The notes under the pieces: generated by a model
Told to the model about the DNA's origin: nothing
The model's input: only the letters and a program-made list of their open reading frames with translations
The model's database searches: none
Virus record (IMG/VR): IMGVR_UViG_3300030061_001980
Coordinates: 1 to 29,270 of that record
Reading direction: 5' to 3' (one strand)
DNA length: 29,270 nucleotides
DNA from: a virus
Taxonomy: Duplodnaviria; Caudoviricetes
Program-made: the position numbers and the translations under genes
In this document: positions 17,694 to 26,398 of the stretch, in pieces
Layout: every line of letters begins with the position of its first letter
Position numbering within the stretch: the first letter of the stretch is position 1

Positions 17694-18944
17694 TTAAGCA
17701 GTTATAAGAATTACTCCAGCTGAACCACCGCCTCCGCCACCGAGACCTCCGCCAGCGTTTCCACCTGCTCCACCATTTGATGGACCATAATTTGAGTCAT
17801 TAGCATTTCCAAAACTTTGACTTGATCCAGGTGCACTACCTGAAGAGCCCGTGTTACCAGTACTTGGACCGTGTCCATTTCCGCCACCGCCACCGTTTAC
17901 TGTAGCAGTTCCACCATTGTAAGCTAAAGTTGATGCATTGCCAGAACCTCCTGGGTTTCCATAACCTACACCACTATTATAAGGTCCCGCATTTCCTCCA
18001 TTACCAACGGCATAAGCATAACCCGTAGACGCAGCAGTAGGTACTATGTAATAACCGTAACCTCCTCGACCTCCAGCTCCACCATTTTTATTAGGAGTGT
18101 GGCCACCGCCACCGCCTCCGCCTCCGCCAGATTTTATAAAAGCACCCATGTCTTTTCCAGCTGATGGTGATGTAAATGTTCCGCTACCACTTGTGTAGTA
18201 AGCTCTAACTAAAGTTGGGTCTCCACCGGATGCACCAGATGAAGCAGCAGTAATTCTACCTTGTGCATCGACTGTGATTGCTGATGAAGTGTATGATCCT
18301 GCGGTTACAGCAGTGTTAGCTAATTGATCTGCACCTACTGCATCGTCTGCTATCTTAGCTTGAGTCACATTATCGTCTACAATTGAAGCAGTCACTACAG
18401 CGCTTGCTGCAAGTTGGTCTGCACCTACTGCATCATCGGCAATCTTAGCTTGCGTTATTGCGTCATCGGCAATTTGTGCAGTTGCTATAGTTCCAGAAAT
18501 ATTAGCAGCAGCAACAGTGCCACCTAAAGTGTCTAATGAAATTTCATTTAAATTTGTTCCATCAGAATATGCAGCATAAATTTTTGCTTGGTCTAAAGTA
18601 AATCCTGTTCCAGATGCAGTTTTAATTGTAAGGTTTGTAGGATTTGTCAAACCTGTTGCATCAAAAATATAAAATTTTTCTATTGAATCTGGGATCGTAC
18701 AGATTGTGCTTGAAGCTATTGAAGCTGTAGCAAATTTAATTACCATGTTTCTAGCGTTAGAAGCAGCACCATCACTCATTGCAAGAGCTAAAGTACCACC
18801 ACTTGAAAGTGTTACTTGTTCAAATCCTGCTACGGCTTGTTGAATTAAATTTAAATTAGTATTTGTTTTATCTCCCCATGTACCAGCATTTTCACCGGTT
18901 ACCATTAGTTCGAGTTTTAAATCTGCGGAATAACTAGATGTCAT
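17694..18944 (-). CDS. Tail fibre with 10-aa repeats and Gly-rich tip
   Basis: N-terminal GENAGTWG.KTN.NL anchor, ADDAVGADQL repeats, ITVDAQGRITAAS, and a Gly-rich C-terminus resembling a polyglycine adhesin. Confidence 0.8.
   Translation of the reverse strand: MTSSYSADLKLELMVTGENAGTWGDKTNTNLNLIQQAVAGFEQVTLSSGGTLALAMSDGAASNARNMVIKFATASIASSTICTIPDSIEKFYIFDATGLTNPTNLTIKTASGTGFTLDQAKIYAAYSDGTNLNEISLDTLGGTVAAANISGTIATAQIADDAITQAKIADDAVGADQLAASAVVTASIVDDNVTQAKIADDAVGADQLANTAVTAGSYTSSAITVDAQGRITAASSGASGGDPTLVRAYYTSGSGTFTSPSAGKDMGAFIKSGGGGGGGGGHTPNKNGGAGGRGGYGYYIVPTAASTGYAYAVGNGGNAGPYNSGVGYGNPGGSGNASTLAYNGGTATVNGGGGGNGHGPSTGNTGSSGSAPGSSQSFGNANDSNYGPSNGGAGGNAGGGLGGGGGGSAGVILITA
18301..18490 (-). repeat. 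Coding tandem repeat with a 30-nt unit and a 90-nt higher-order duplication
   Basis: gcacctactgcatc...atcttagcttg occurs at 18331 and 18421 and encodes TQAKIADDAVGADQLA twice. Confidence 0.85.
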
Positions 18945-18969
18945 AAATTTTATCTCCTAAATAATTATA

Positions 18970-18998
18970 ATTTTACCTTATTTATGCAGCCCGATCAA
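18970..18998 (-). promoter_or_regulatory. Sigma70-like promoter for the tail-fibre gene
   Basis: TTGATC (18993-18998), 17 nt spacer, TAAAAT (18970-18975), followed by an AGGAG RBS. Confidence 0.55.
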
Positions 18999-20343
18999 CC
19001 TCTGTCCAAATATTGTTTACACCAGGGTTTATCTCTGCCCATGCAGTAATATTAGGGCTTCCAACGGATGATGTAAATTGTATGCCTGTAACATCTACAA
19101 TTGAACTACCTACTGCTGTAACAGAACCGACTGAACTTGTTAATTGAAGACCTCCTACACCTATTATTTGACCTGGAATTTCATCATGTTGACCGAGTGA
19201 CATCGCTAACTGTTGTCCAGTAACAGGTTCAATAGTAGTTTGTTGAAGGGTAATTGTGCCTATAGTTGATGTTAGCTGTATACCAGTTACATCCACAGGT
19301 GTTTTTAAACCTCCTGCAGCATTTCCTACTTGAGAAGTTATCGAACCTGCACTTGTTACTGTAACATTTGCATCTGCTTCAAAACTTACAGAACCCATTG
19401 TAAAATCTAATTGATCTTCTGCAGGTAAAACAACTATTCCAAAATCTCCAACTAATGAAATTATTCCTTGTGTAGATGTTAAAGAAGAACCTGTAACACT
19501 GACGGTTACATCAGTAAATCCTGCTTCTTCCCCAATTGATGATGTTAATGTTTGTCCTGTTAAAGCAACTGAATAATTAACACCCCATGCAAATTCTCCC
19601 CATGCTGCTCTTCCCCAACCTTCTCCTGTTAGTGTAGATTCATCTACTGTTGCAGCTCCAATAGATGAGGACATTGAAACTCCAGAAGTGATTGCACCAA
19701 TACCTACAAGAGTTTGTCCAACTGCCATAGACTCTAAACTTCCTGTTACTGAGACTAAAGCTGAAGTACCTCCAACTGGAGTACCTATAGAAGAAGTTAG
19801 TTGTTGTCCAACTGCAGTTACTTGATGATCAATGACGTGAGTTTCATTTCCAATAGTTGATGTTAATGATATTCCTGTTACCGATACATCAACGTGACCT
19901 TGGTCTCCCCAAACACCATTACCCCAAGATAATCCACCCCAAACATTTGATTCAATATCAAATATTCCACCCATGCCAATACCATGAACATAACAAAGAT
20001 AATAAAAATCAGTTGCTGATGATGGTGTTACTTCTACATAACGAGTAGTAGCAGCATTAAAGGTTGTTGTGTTTACGTAGTTTGCATAGTTAGAGGCACC
20101 ATCTAAATAATATGTTACCCCTGATGTAAGGTATTGATCTCTGCTTGTAGTTGTAGAAAAAATTAATGGGTGATTGTCATTTGATGAAGCACTTTGTTCA
20201 AATCTTAGAGTTCCACCTTGAACCCAATTTACAGTTCCAGGACCAGTTGAATTTCTAGCACCGTTTAAATAATAAACATTACCAGTCCCACCACCGTATA
20301 GGTTTCCTGAAGCTACGGTTACTGTATAAGTATACTCTGCCAT
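18982..20343 (-). CDS. Tail/fibre structural protein with N-terminal cupredoxin-like domain
   Basis: HPLIF and YYLCYVHGIGMGG motifs, WG-rich segments, and repeated V.VTG..LTS..G units. Confidence 0.65.
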   Translation of the reverse strand: MAEYTYTVTVASGNLYGGGTGNVYYLNGARNSTGPGTVNWVQGGTLRFEQSASSNDNHPLIFSTTTSRDQYLTSGVTYYLDGASNYANYVNTTTFNAATTRYVEVTPSSATDFYYLCYVHGIGMGGIFDIESNVWGGLSWGNGVWGDQGHVDVSVTGISLTSTIGNETHVIDHQVTAVGQQLTSSIGTPVGGTSALVSVTGSLESMAVGQTLVGIGAITSGVSMSSSIGAATVDESTLTGEGWGRAAWGEFAWGVNYSVALTGQTLTSSIGEEAGFTDVTVSVTGSSLTSTQGIISLVGDFGIVVLPAEDQLDFTMGSVSFEADANVTVTSAGSITSQVGNAAGGLKTPVDVTGIQLTSTIGTITLQQTTIEPVTGQQLAMSLGQHDEIPGQIIGVGGLQLTSSVGSVTAVGSSIVDVTGIQFTSSVGSPNITAWAEINPGVNNIWTEVDRAA

Positions 20344-20360
20344 AGCTCCAGGACCTTAAA

Positions 20361-20804
20361 TTATGCTAATCTTAATATAGCTGCCGAAGTTGTGAAAGCT
20401 GGGAACTGAATAGTAAATGTTCCAGAAGTTGCAGTCTTGTCACCACCAAAATCTAATACAGCAACTGCATCAGTAGTATTTGAACCACCGTTTGTAGTTG
20501 TGTTATAAATTAAAGCACCTCTTGCAGTAAGAGTTACGTTTTGAAAACTTAAATCAGCAAAATCAGTAATAGCTACTGAAGATGAAACTTTTACACCTTG
20601 GTTTACTAAAGCACTTCCACCAGCTGAATAGTTTGATGAAGATACTTCATTTGCAGTTGCATAGTTTGTTGTTGATTTTCCTAAAGTTGCCGAACTTGTG
20701 TACATCGCTAATTTGTATGTATCAGTTGATGCATCAAAATCGTGACTTCCTTGTAGTAATTCTTTTTTAAAAGAATCACAGATTGCGTTTGTTGTTATTG
20801 CCAT
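20361..20804 (-). CDS. Tail structural protein
   Basis: SFKKELL.G.HDF...YKLAMY, YSAGG..L, ARGALIYN and LDFGGDKT, in the tail-gene context. Confidence 0.65.
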   Translation of the reverse strand: MAITTNAICDSFKKELLQGSHDFDASTDTYKLAMYTSSATLGKSTTNYATANEVSSSNYSAGGSALVNQGVKVSSSVAITDFADLSFQNVTLTARGALIYNTTTNGGSNTTDAVAVLDFGGDKTATSGTFTIQFPAFTTSAAILRLA

Positions 20805-20822
20805 AATTATTCTCCTTTAAAA

Positions 20823-21500
20823 TTATTGGTTTGGAGAAGGAGAAGGTACTACCACTCTAGGTACACCGTCATCAAACTCCCCTCGTCTTCTTCTACCCAT
20901 TTGTTGTAGGGCAAAATTCTGTACCTCTTCAGTATACTTTGTTTGATATAGATTGTATAGATTGTCTGGTCCTTTTAAAAATCTAAATGCTTCTGCTAAT
21001 ACTCCATGCAATAGCATAGATTCTTGATGTTGAGATAAATAAGTATTATTTGTACTGGTAAAATTAGGTGGATCTTTTACATAATTTATTTGAACAGTTG
21101 AAGCACTTCCTGGAGTTGGTGCTACTAAAATAATATTACCTGTTTGAACATTATCCTCCCAATTAGCATAATATTTTGGTGTACCAGTTGTTGAATCATT
21201 TGGTGCAAATTCTGAAATAAAACTAGTATCTCTTTTTTCTAAAAATGTTCTGTTATTAGATCCATCTATAACTTGAACAGATCTAATTATTAAAGCATCA
21301 GATGGTAAAGAAACATATCTATTATTAGCAGTAAAAGTTGAAGTAGCATATTTTCTTAAATCATCATAATCTACTCTACCAGCAATATCTAATTCAATAT
21401 TTCTAATAAAATCTTGAATAATAGCATCGGTTAAAACATTACTACTTACTTCAGTATAATTTCTTACTTGTGTTAAAAAATTTGAATGAGTTATTGCCAT
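20823..21500 (-). CDS. Head-tail adaptor/tail tubular A-like protein
   Basis: FIRNIE...YVSLPSD...GTPKYY...VAPTP...Y...LLHG.L.EA. AGGAG RBS for the next gene downstream. Confidence 0.65.
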   Translation of the reverse strand: MAITHSNFLTQVRNYTEVSSNVLTDAIIQDFIRNIELDIAGRVDYDDLRKYATSTFTANNRYVSLPSDALIIRSVQVIDGSNNRTFLEKRDTSFISEFAPNDSTTGTPKYYANWEDNVQTGNIILVAPTPGSASTVQINYVKDPPNFTSTNNTYLSQHQESMLLHGVLAEAFRFLKGPDNLYNLYQTKYTEEVQNFALQQMGRRRRGEFDDGVPRVVVPSPSPNQ

Positions 21501-21937
21501 TATGTAATACTAACCTCTACAGAACCCATTATTGATATAAGTTCTCTTCTTCTATTTTGTAATGATGGATCTTCTGGAACCATACTGTGAATTGTTGTTG
21601 TAATTCCATTTGATGTAACATTAAAGTCTTGTGTTTTAAAAGCAAAATCTCCTGGTAATGATAAATTAGCAACTCCAACATGAATACCACCAGAATCTGA
21701 AATAGTTTGATCATTTGAAAATTCTTGAGTTGGTTGTTGGAATTTCATCACTCTTGGATTTCTTAAAGCTATAGCATCTGCTTTATGATATGGTGGATCA
21801 AGTTGTGGATGTTTTGGTTCGTACTCAGATATATGTACTAATGATCCATTCCATTCTTTGACCATTTCTTTGTAAGGAAACGCTTGTCCAGATCTATCAG
21901 AAATAGCTTTTGATCTTTTACCTGTTGCAAATGACAT
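21500..21937 (-). CDS. Conserved head-completion-region hypothetical protein
   Basis: AISDRSG..FPY.EM.KEWNG...EYEPKHPQ, with 1-nt overlaps to both neighbours. Confidence 0.65.
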   Translation of the reverse strand: MSFATGKRSKAISDRSGQAFPYKEMVKEWNGSLVHISEYEPKHPQLDPPYHKADAIALRNPRVMKFQQPTQEFSNDQTISDSGGIHVGVANLSLPGDFAFKTQDFNVTSNGITTTIHSMVPEDPSLQNRRRELISIMGSVEVSIT

Positions 21938-22632
21938 TATACTCCGTCTCCAAAATATGTTTGAGGTGAAATATAAACAGAAGCTCTTTGACCGTCTTCA
22001 TTTAAAGCTCTAAGTAATTCATCTTCATATAATTGTTTTAATATTTGTATTCTATCTGGTGCTCTTTTTATTGATAAATAATATGCAAGACCAGAACACA
22101 TACATGGTAAAAATCTATACGCTACATCTGCTTGATTTGAATATACTCCAGCGTCTTCAATTCTATTTATAGTATAAAATTTTAATGTAGTGTAAGTAGT
22201 TGCATCTGGTGCAAGATATAAACTTATAGTTGGTGTTGTTTGTCTATCAACAAAATACTGAGAAGGTTGTCCTGTTTGTAATTTATTTGGAAGTGCAGCA
22301 TAAGCAGATCTATCAATTTTAGTTAATGCAATATCATTTGTTGATGAAGCATTTCCTGCTGCATTTGTCGTAGAGATGTATGCTTCTAAAACATCATTTA
22401 CATTAGCATCTACTGTATATGTAGCTGTGCCTGCAACTAAGGCTTTTTCGTTTAATTCAACTTTCCAAAGATGTACACCTCTGTTTCCCCACTCTGAAAA
22501 TAAAAGATTTAAACTTCTTCTTGCACTACGTAAGTCATTTCCACTATTAGTCCGCATACCACATCGTTCATATGCTTCTTCAATAATATCATCGATATTT
22601 AAATCGAATGTTGTAGTTCCTGACGTAGCCAT
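21937..22632 (-). CDS. Head-tail adaptor/tail tubular A-like protein
   Basis: DIIEEAYERCG, ARRSLNLLFSEW.NRG, GQPSQYF, LYLAPD and GLAYYL motifs. Confidence 0.65.
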   Translation of the reverse strand: MATSGTTTFDLNIDDIIEEAYERCGMRTNSGNDLRSARRSLNLLFSEWGNRGVHLWKVELNEKALVAGTATYTVDANVNDVLEAYISTTNAAGNASSTNDIALTKIDRSAYAALPNKLQTGQPSQYFVDRQTTPTISLYLAPDATTYTTLKFYTINRIEDAGVYSNQADVAYRFLPCMCSGLAYYLSIKRAPDRIQILKQLYEDELLRALNEDGQRASVYISPQTYFGDGV

Positions 22633-22638
22633 AATTCA

Positions 22639-22860
22639 TTACATTATGTCTTTGTAATAATCCAAAGACTTTCCTGGTATTAAGTTTTCATCTTGAAGGC
22701 CTTCACCTTGAGTTCTGGCTGCACCATAACCTTTAGCTTCATCACCTTTATAAGCTTTCATCATCTTACCTGATTTAGCCTGCATCATCTTAAAATCTTC
22801 ACCAGATATTTTACCATCTTTGTTTTTATCTAATTTTACTTGATCACCTTTTAATGCCAT
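22639..22860 (-). CDS. Small EF-hand (Ca-binding loop) protein
   Basis: LDKNKDGKISGEDF matches the DxNxDGxIxxxD loop. AGGAG RBS. Confidence 0.75.
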   Translation of the reverse strand: MALKGDQVKLDKNKDGKISGEDFKMMQAKSGKMMKAYKGDEAKGYGAARTQGEGLQDENLIPGKSLDYYKDIM

Positions 22861-22878
22861 AATTTTCTCCTTAAAATA

Positions 22879-23148
22879 TTATACGTCTATCATACCACCA
22901 TAGTATCTCTTGGTAAAGGTACTGACGTTTGTTGGTTTGCCTCCAGTATTACCGGCTTGTCTCTTTCTTGCAACAGCAGAACGCTTTTGCGAGTCTGTCA
23001 TTCGGGCGGCTTTTGCAGCAGGCACGCATTTGGGGTATTTTCTTTTTGATCCACTTGCAGATTTTCTTCCACATTTTTTATATCCTCCCCCTTTTTTAGG
23101 TGATCCTATATCAACCCATTTTTCATTGAACCATTTTTTAAGACTCAT
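22879..23148 (-). CDS. Basic small protein (89 aa)
   Basis: Probable start MSLKKWFNEKWVDI at the TAATG overlap, with C..R..YPKCVP and K/R-rich composition. Confidence 0.7.
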   Translation of the reverse strand: MSLKKWFNEKWVDIGSPKKGGGYKKCGRKSASGSKRKYPKCVPAAKAARMTDSQKRSAVARKRQAGNTGGKPTNVSTFTKRYYGGMIDV

Positions 23149-23636
23149 TAAAATACGCCTTTGAAACCTTTGCCTCTTATCGCTGCTCCTGATCCACGTA
23201 CCTCGCCACCACACATCATTTTATTTGCAGAGGAGCCAGTCATGTTTGTTGTTGTATCTATTTGTAAGCCTCTAGGTAAATCTTCTAATCTATTGTCGTA
23301 TTTATCTCTTGCCTTCTTTTTCTTTTTTTTCTTAGCACCCATGTCTTTTCCACCACCATATTTAAGCTTCAGAGTGCTTAAAGTTTCTGCTTGTGCAGCA
23401 TGTGTTTTAGATGCTTTTTTTAAACCTTTTATTACTTCATTTACTTTTACTTTAGTTTCTCCACCAAGTTTTTTACCTGCTGGTTTGGGTCCTTTAAAAT
23501 CTTTTCTTTTTACACCCGATGGATCTTTGATTTTACCAGCACAAATTTTACTTGCGTATGCATTTGCATATGCGCTGGGGTAAACACGAAATTTTCTTTT
23601 AGCAGCAGCTTTGCCTCTTGCACATAATTTAGTCAT
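23148..23636 (-). CDS. Lys-rich basic protein
   Basis: CARGKAAAKRKFRVYPSAYANAYASKIC and C-terminal RGSGAAIRGKGFKGVF. Confidence 0.75.
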   Translation of the reverse strand: MTKLCARGKAAAKRKFRVYPSAYANAYASKICAGKIKDPSGVKRKDFKGPKPAGKKLGGETKVKVNEVIKGLKKASKTHAAQAETLSTLKLKYGGGKDMGAKKKKKKKARDKYDNRLEDLPRGLQIDTTTNMTGSSANKMMCGGEVRGSGAAIRGKGFKGVF

Positions 23637-23642
23637 GCAAGA

Positions 23643-23671
23643 ATTATATCATTTTTTAATTAAACAGTAAA
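23643..23671 (-). promoter_or_regulatory. Extended -10 promoter, probably leaderless
   Basis: TTTACT (23666-23671), 17 nt spacer ending in TGA, TATAAT (23643-23648), then 6 nt to the ATG at 23636. Confidence 0.65.
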
Positions 23672-23803
23672 CGTCTTGGCTAATGGGTTTTTCTTCTTTT
23701 TTTTAATAGATAACTTAACTCTTTTCTTTTTTTCTTTTTCATCTCTTGCACCTCTTAATTTACCATCAATTTGTGCAGGAATTTGTCCTCTAGTTATTGT
23801 CAT
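23660..23803 (-). CDS. Basic 47-aa protein, not in the ORF track
   Basis: MTITRGQIPAQIDGKLRGARDEKEKKKRVKLSIKKKKKNPLAKTFTV, with a TAATG overlap to the peptidase stop. Confidence 0.6.
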   Translation of the reverse strand: MTITRGQIPAQIDGKLRGARDEKEKKKRVKLSIKKKKKNPLAKTFTV

Positions 23804-24279
23804 TATAATATATCCTTTGCTTTACCTAGTATTGGTTTATACTTTGTTTTTCCTTCTTGTCTATAAGCTAATAAGTATTGTTCTCTTCTATTTTCAGGAA
23901 TCCAACTTGCGTGGATCCAGCCCGAGTTGGGTTCTCCAGGAGTGTAGTACTCGAGAATCAATTGATCTGTTTCAAGGTTCTTTTTTACCCAATCAGCTAC
24001 TTCAGCATTATCAACTCCTACACATTCGAAATCACAAGCCTCAGCTTTTGCATGTTGTGAATTTCTAGAGCTGCCAATAGCTAGACATAAATCCTCACTA
24101 CGAAATCCACTAGTCACTTTTACTCTGCCGAAATGGTCTCGTACCGGTTGCAGTATATTTTCACAAAGATCTTTTAATTTTTCTATTTGCCCTGCATTAG
24201 GATTATTATTAATACCCTTCCTAACGGCTGTATCTGATTTTATCAGCTCCAGTAAAGTAAAGTTACGAGATAAGTTCAT
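23803..24279 (-). CDS. Peptidase M15A (Zn D-Ala-D-Ala/L-Ala-D-Glu type), probable endolysin
   Basis: VTSGFRS, SQHAKAEACD (H-x6-D) and WIHAS. Confidence 0.88.
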   Translation of the reverse strand: MNLSRNFTLLELIKSDTAVRKGINNNPNAGQIEKLKDLCENILQPVRDHFGRVKVTSGFRSEDLCLAIGSSRNSQHAKAEACDFECVGVDNAEVADWVKKNLETDQLILEYYTPGEPNSGWIHASWIPENRREQYLLAYRQEGKTKYKPILGKAKDIL

Positions 24280-24285
24280 ATTGAT

Positions 24286-24314
24286 ATTATAATTAAATTT
24301 ATATTAAAATACAA
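24286..24314 (-). promoter_or_regulatory. Sigma70-like promoter, probably leaderless
   Basis: TTGTAT (24309-24314), 17 nt spacer, TATAAT (24286-24291), then 6 nt to the ATG at 24279. Confidence 0.6.
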
Positions 24315-24321
24315 TCCATGG

Positions 24322-24807
24322 TTAATTTTTTTCATAGTAGTTTAAATTTACCACAACTCTTCTTTTTGTATCAGTTTGTGAATATAATGCATGGTATGTA
24401 TCACCTTCCATAATTAATATTTTATTTTTTTTAGGAAAAACTTTTAAATTTTTATCTTTAAAAACAGTAGGTCCATTTGATTCATTAATATATAATATAG
24501 CAGTTTTAAAGTTTTTATAAGGGTAGTCTATATGCCAACCAGTTCTTACAGGATTTTCATTTTGTAAAAATAAATTAGCTCTTACTTGAATTATAGAAGA
24601 ATAATTTAATTTATTTAATATAGGTTTAATTAAATTAAAAGAATTAGAATTTATTCTATCTTCATTAAAAAAAGAATGTGTAAAATATGGAATTTGATCA
24701 GTATATTCAGTACTACCTCTATAATACCATGGAAGTTCTTTTTCTAATAAATAATTCTCTAAATTTAAAAAATCACTCTCATCTAAAAAATTTTCTATAA
24801 CTTTCAC
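24322..24807 (-). CDS. 2OG-Fe(II) oxygenase
   Basis: VRANL, WHID, TAILYINESNGPT, H, and RRVVVNLNY. Confidence 0.85.
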   Translation of the reverse strand: MKVIENFLDESDFLNLENYLLEKELPWYYRGSTEYTDQIPYFTHSFFNEDRINSNSFNLIKPILNKLNYSSIIQVRANLFLQNENPVRTGWHIDYPYKNFKTAILYINESNGPTVFKDKNLKVFPKKNKILIMEGDTYHALYSQTDTKRRVVVNLNYYEKN

Positions 24808-25022
24808 TATTCAATTATTAGCTTTTTTATAGACAAAGATCCATCAATATTTTCTTCTAACTCTGCCTTACCCTTATAGCATTTATAAGATACAGTTTCA
24901 CTGTATTGTCTTTCTGCTGTAAGTTTACCACGTATACATTTTGCCATACCTTCAGGTTGATAACGAGCTTCTTTAATTTCTCCGTTTACAAACATAAGAA
25001 GAGCCACCACAGTTTCAATCAT
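24807..25022 (-). CDS. Hypothetical protein (71 aa, two Cys)
   Basis: Hydrophobic N-terminus, with coupled overlaps on both sides. Confidence 0.7.
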   Translation of the reverse strand: MIETVVALLMFVNGEIKEARYQPEGMAKCIRGKLTAERQYSETVSYKCYKGKAELEENIDGSLSIKKLIIE

Positions 25023-25095
25023 ATTTTCTTACCTGTATTAATATAGCCATCACAATAACTGTAAATATAATACCTATAAAAAATAAACCTATCAT
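25015..25095 (-). CDS. 26-aa single-TM microprotein, not in the ORF track
   Basis: MIGLFFIGIIFTVIVMAILIQVRKYD, with an ATGA overlap upstream and an ATGATTGA overlap downstream. Confidence 0.55.
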   Translation of the reverse strand: MIGLFFIGIIFTVIVMAILIQVRKYD

Positions 25096-25514
25096 TGACC
25101 ATTTCCATTCTTGTAATGCATGTCTCTAGCTTTATCTTTTAATGACTCAATATCTTCTAAAACTTTATCCATTTGTTTTGTTAAAAATTCTATGTTGACT
25201 TTGTTTAGTGCCATACTATCTATGTGTTCAGATAACTTATCCGTAGTTTTGTACAAATCTTCCAGCATCATGTACTGCTCGGAATCTGCAGGAAGCGAAC
25301 CAAGTTGACCCCGTGGCCATTTGATTCTAAACTCTGTATTTTCTTCTAAGTCCTTCTCCATTATTTGTAACCTGGTGTCTGCAACATTAAGACGTTCTAT
25401 AATCTGGAAATAACCCATAGTGCCGAGTGCTACGATTACGATCAAGCTAGCAACCGTCTTCATAGGCATCTGCACGGCAGCCGATTCAGATATGTTTAAT
25501 GGTTTATTGCTCAT
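25092..25514 (-). CDS. Membrane-anchored coiled-coil protein
   Basis: TM segment VASLIVIVALGTMGYF followed by heptad-rich sequence. Probable start MSNKPL. Confidence 0.7.
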   Translation of the reverse strand: MSNKPLNISESAAVQMPMKTVASLIVIVALGTMGYFQIIERLNVADTRLQIMEKDLEENTEFRIKWPRGQLGSLPADSEQYMMLEDLYKTTDKLSEHIDSMALNKVNIEFLTKQMDKVLEDIESLKDKARDMHYKNGNGQ

Positions 25515-26073
25515 TTGTAGGTTCTGGTAATTCAAAATCTTTTGGAGGTAGCATTATGTTTTTTGTGCCCATAAATTTTTTATTTTTATGTTCAGGTAGG
25601 TTTTGATAATCGTCTCTTAGATCATCCCAAGCACTACCGTCTGGTGCTTCTTGTTTATCATCATTAATAATTATACCAGAGCATTTTGCTACAAGCAAAT
25701 GGAAGTTAGGGTTGTATTTTAATGTAGGGTTTCTGTTAACTTTTCCACACATTTTCATCAATTCTAATTGTTGTTTTAGTTCCATATTTTCTTGTTGAAC
25801 ATCTTTAAATCTATTGGTGCAAGCTGATCCTAAATAATGTCTATAAGTCAAACGTATGGACCTATCGTCAGAAGGGCTATTATAATTATTATCAGGATTA
25901 TAGTGTCTATACCTAGACTCCGAGTCCCTCTGTTCGATTGATATGCTAACATCACCAGTGCTACAAGTATTAGTACCGTTATTGAGATAGTCATTTCTAC
26001 TGTGTGCAGGTTTCATAAAACATAACATAATTAATGCACCTGTAAAATAATAATTCATCCTGGCGATCTCCAT
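25504..26073 (-). CDS. Putative exported Cys-containing protein
   Basis: Signal-like GALIMLCFMKPAHS (AxS cleavage-like), four further Cys and a short coiled coil. Confidence 0.65.
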   Translation of the reverse strand: MEIARMNYYFTGALIMLCFMKPAHSRNDYLNNGTNTCSTGDVSISIEQRDSESRYRHYNPDNNYNSPSDDRSIRLTYRHYLGSACTNRFKDVQQENMELKQQLELMKMCGKVNRNPTLKYNPNFHLLVAKCSGIIINDDKQEAPDGSAWDDLRDDYQNLPEHKNKKFMGTKNIMLPPKDFELPEPTNEQ

Positions 26074-26086
26074 GTTGCATAAATCC

Positions 26087-26398
26087 TTAATAATTCATTT
26101 CTCTATTTAAATCTTTTATATCGTAAGTGTGTTCTCTAACTTGATCAGCTAAAGTTCTATATAAATTTTCTGCCATCTGCCATGTAGCTTCAGCAGAAGA
26201 TAATCTTGTATTAATGTCTGTAATATTTTTTTCGGCTACTTCTAAATCTCTTTGTAGATTTGTAATAGCTAATTGATTAGAATTAATAGTGTCTGTAAGA
26301 TTAACAATATAACGTACTCCTGTAAATGTCCCGACTAATACGGAAGCTACCACAGGTACCATTACTATATTTTTCTTTAACAGATCTACTAAATTCAT
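26087..26398 (-). CDS. Membrane-anchored coiled-coil protein
   Basis: TM segment IVMVPVVASVLVGTFTGV followed by a long heptad pattern. Confidence 0.7.
   Translation of the reverse strand: MNLVDLLKKNIVMVPVVASVLVGTFTGVRYIVNLTDTINSNQLAITNLQRDLEVAEKNITDINTRLSSAEATWQMAENLYRTLADQVREHTYDIKDLNREMNY

Noticed and set aside
18100-18130. GC-rich ccgcca/ccgcct repeats
   Set aside because: They are explained by poly-Gly codons in the fibre tip and are not a CRISPR or regulatory repeat.
23149-23214. Longer N-terminus MWWRGTW... of the 22879 ORF
   Set aside because: It overlaps the upstream gene, and the TAATG-coupled start at 23148 is more plausible.
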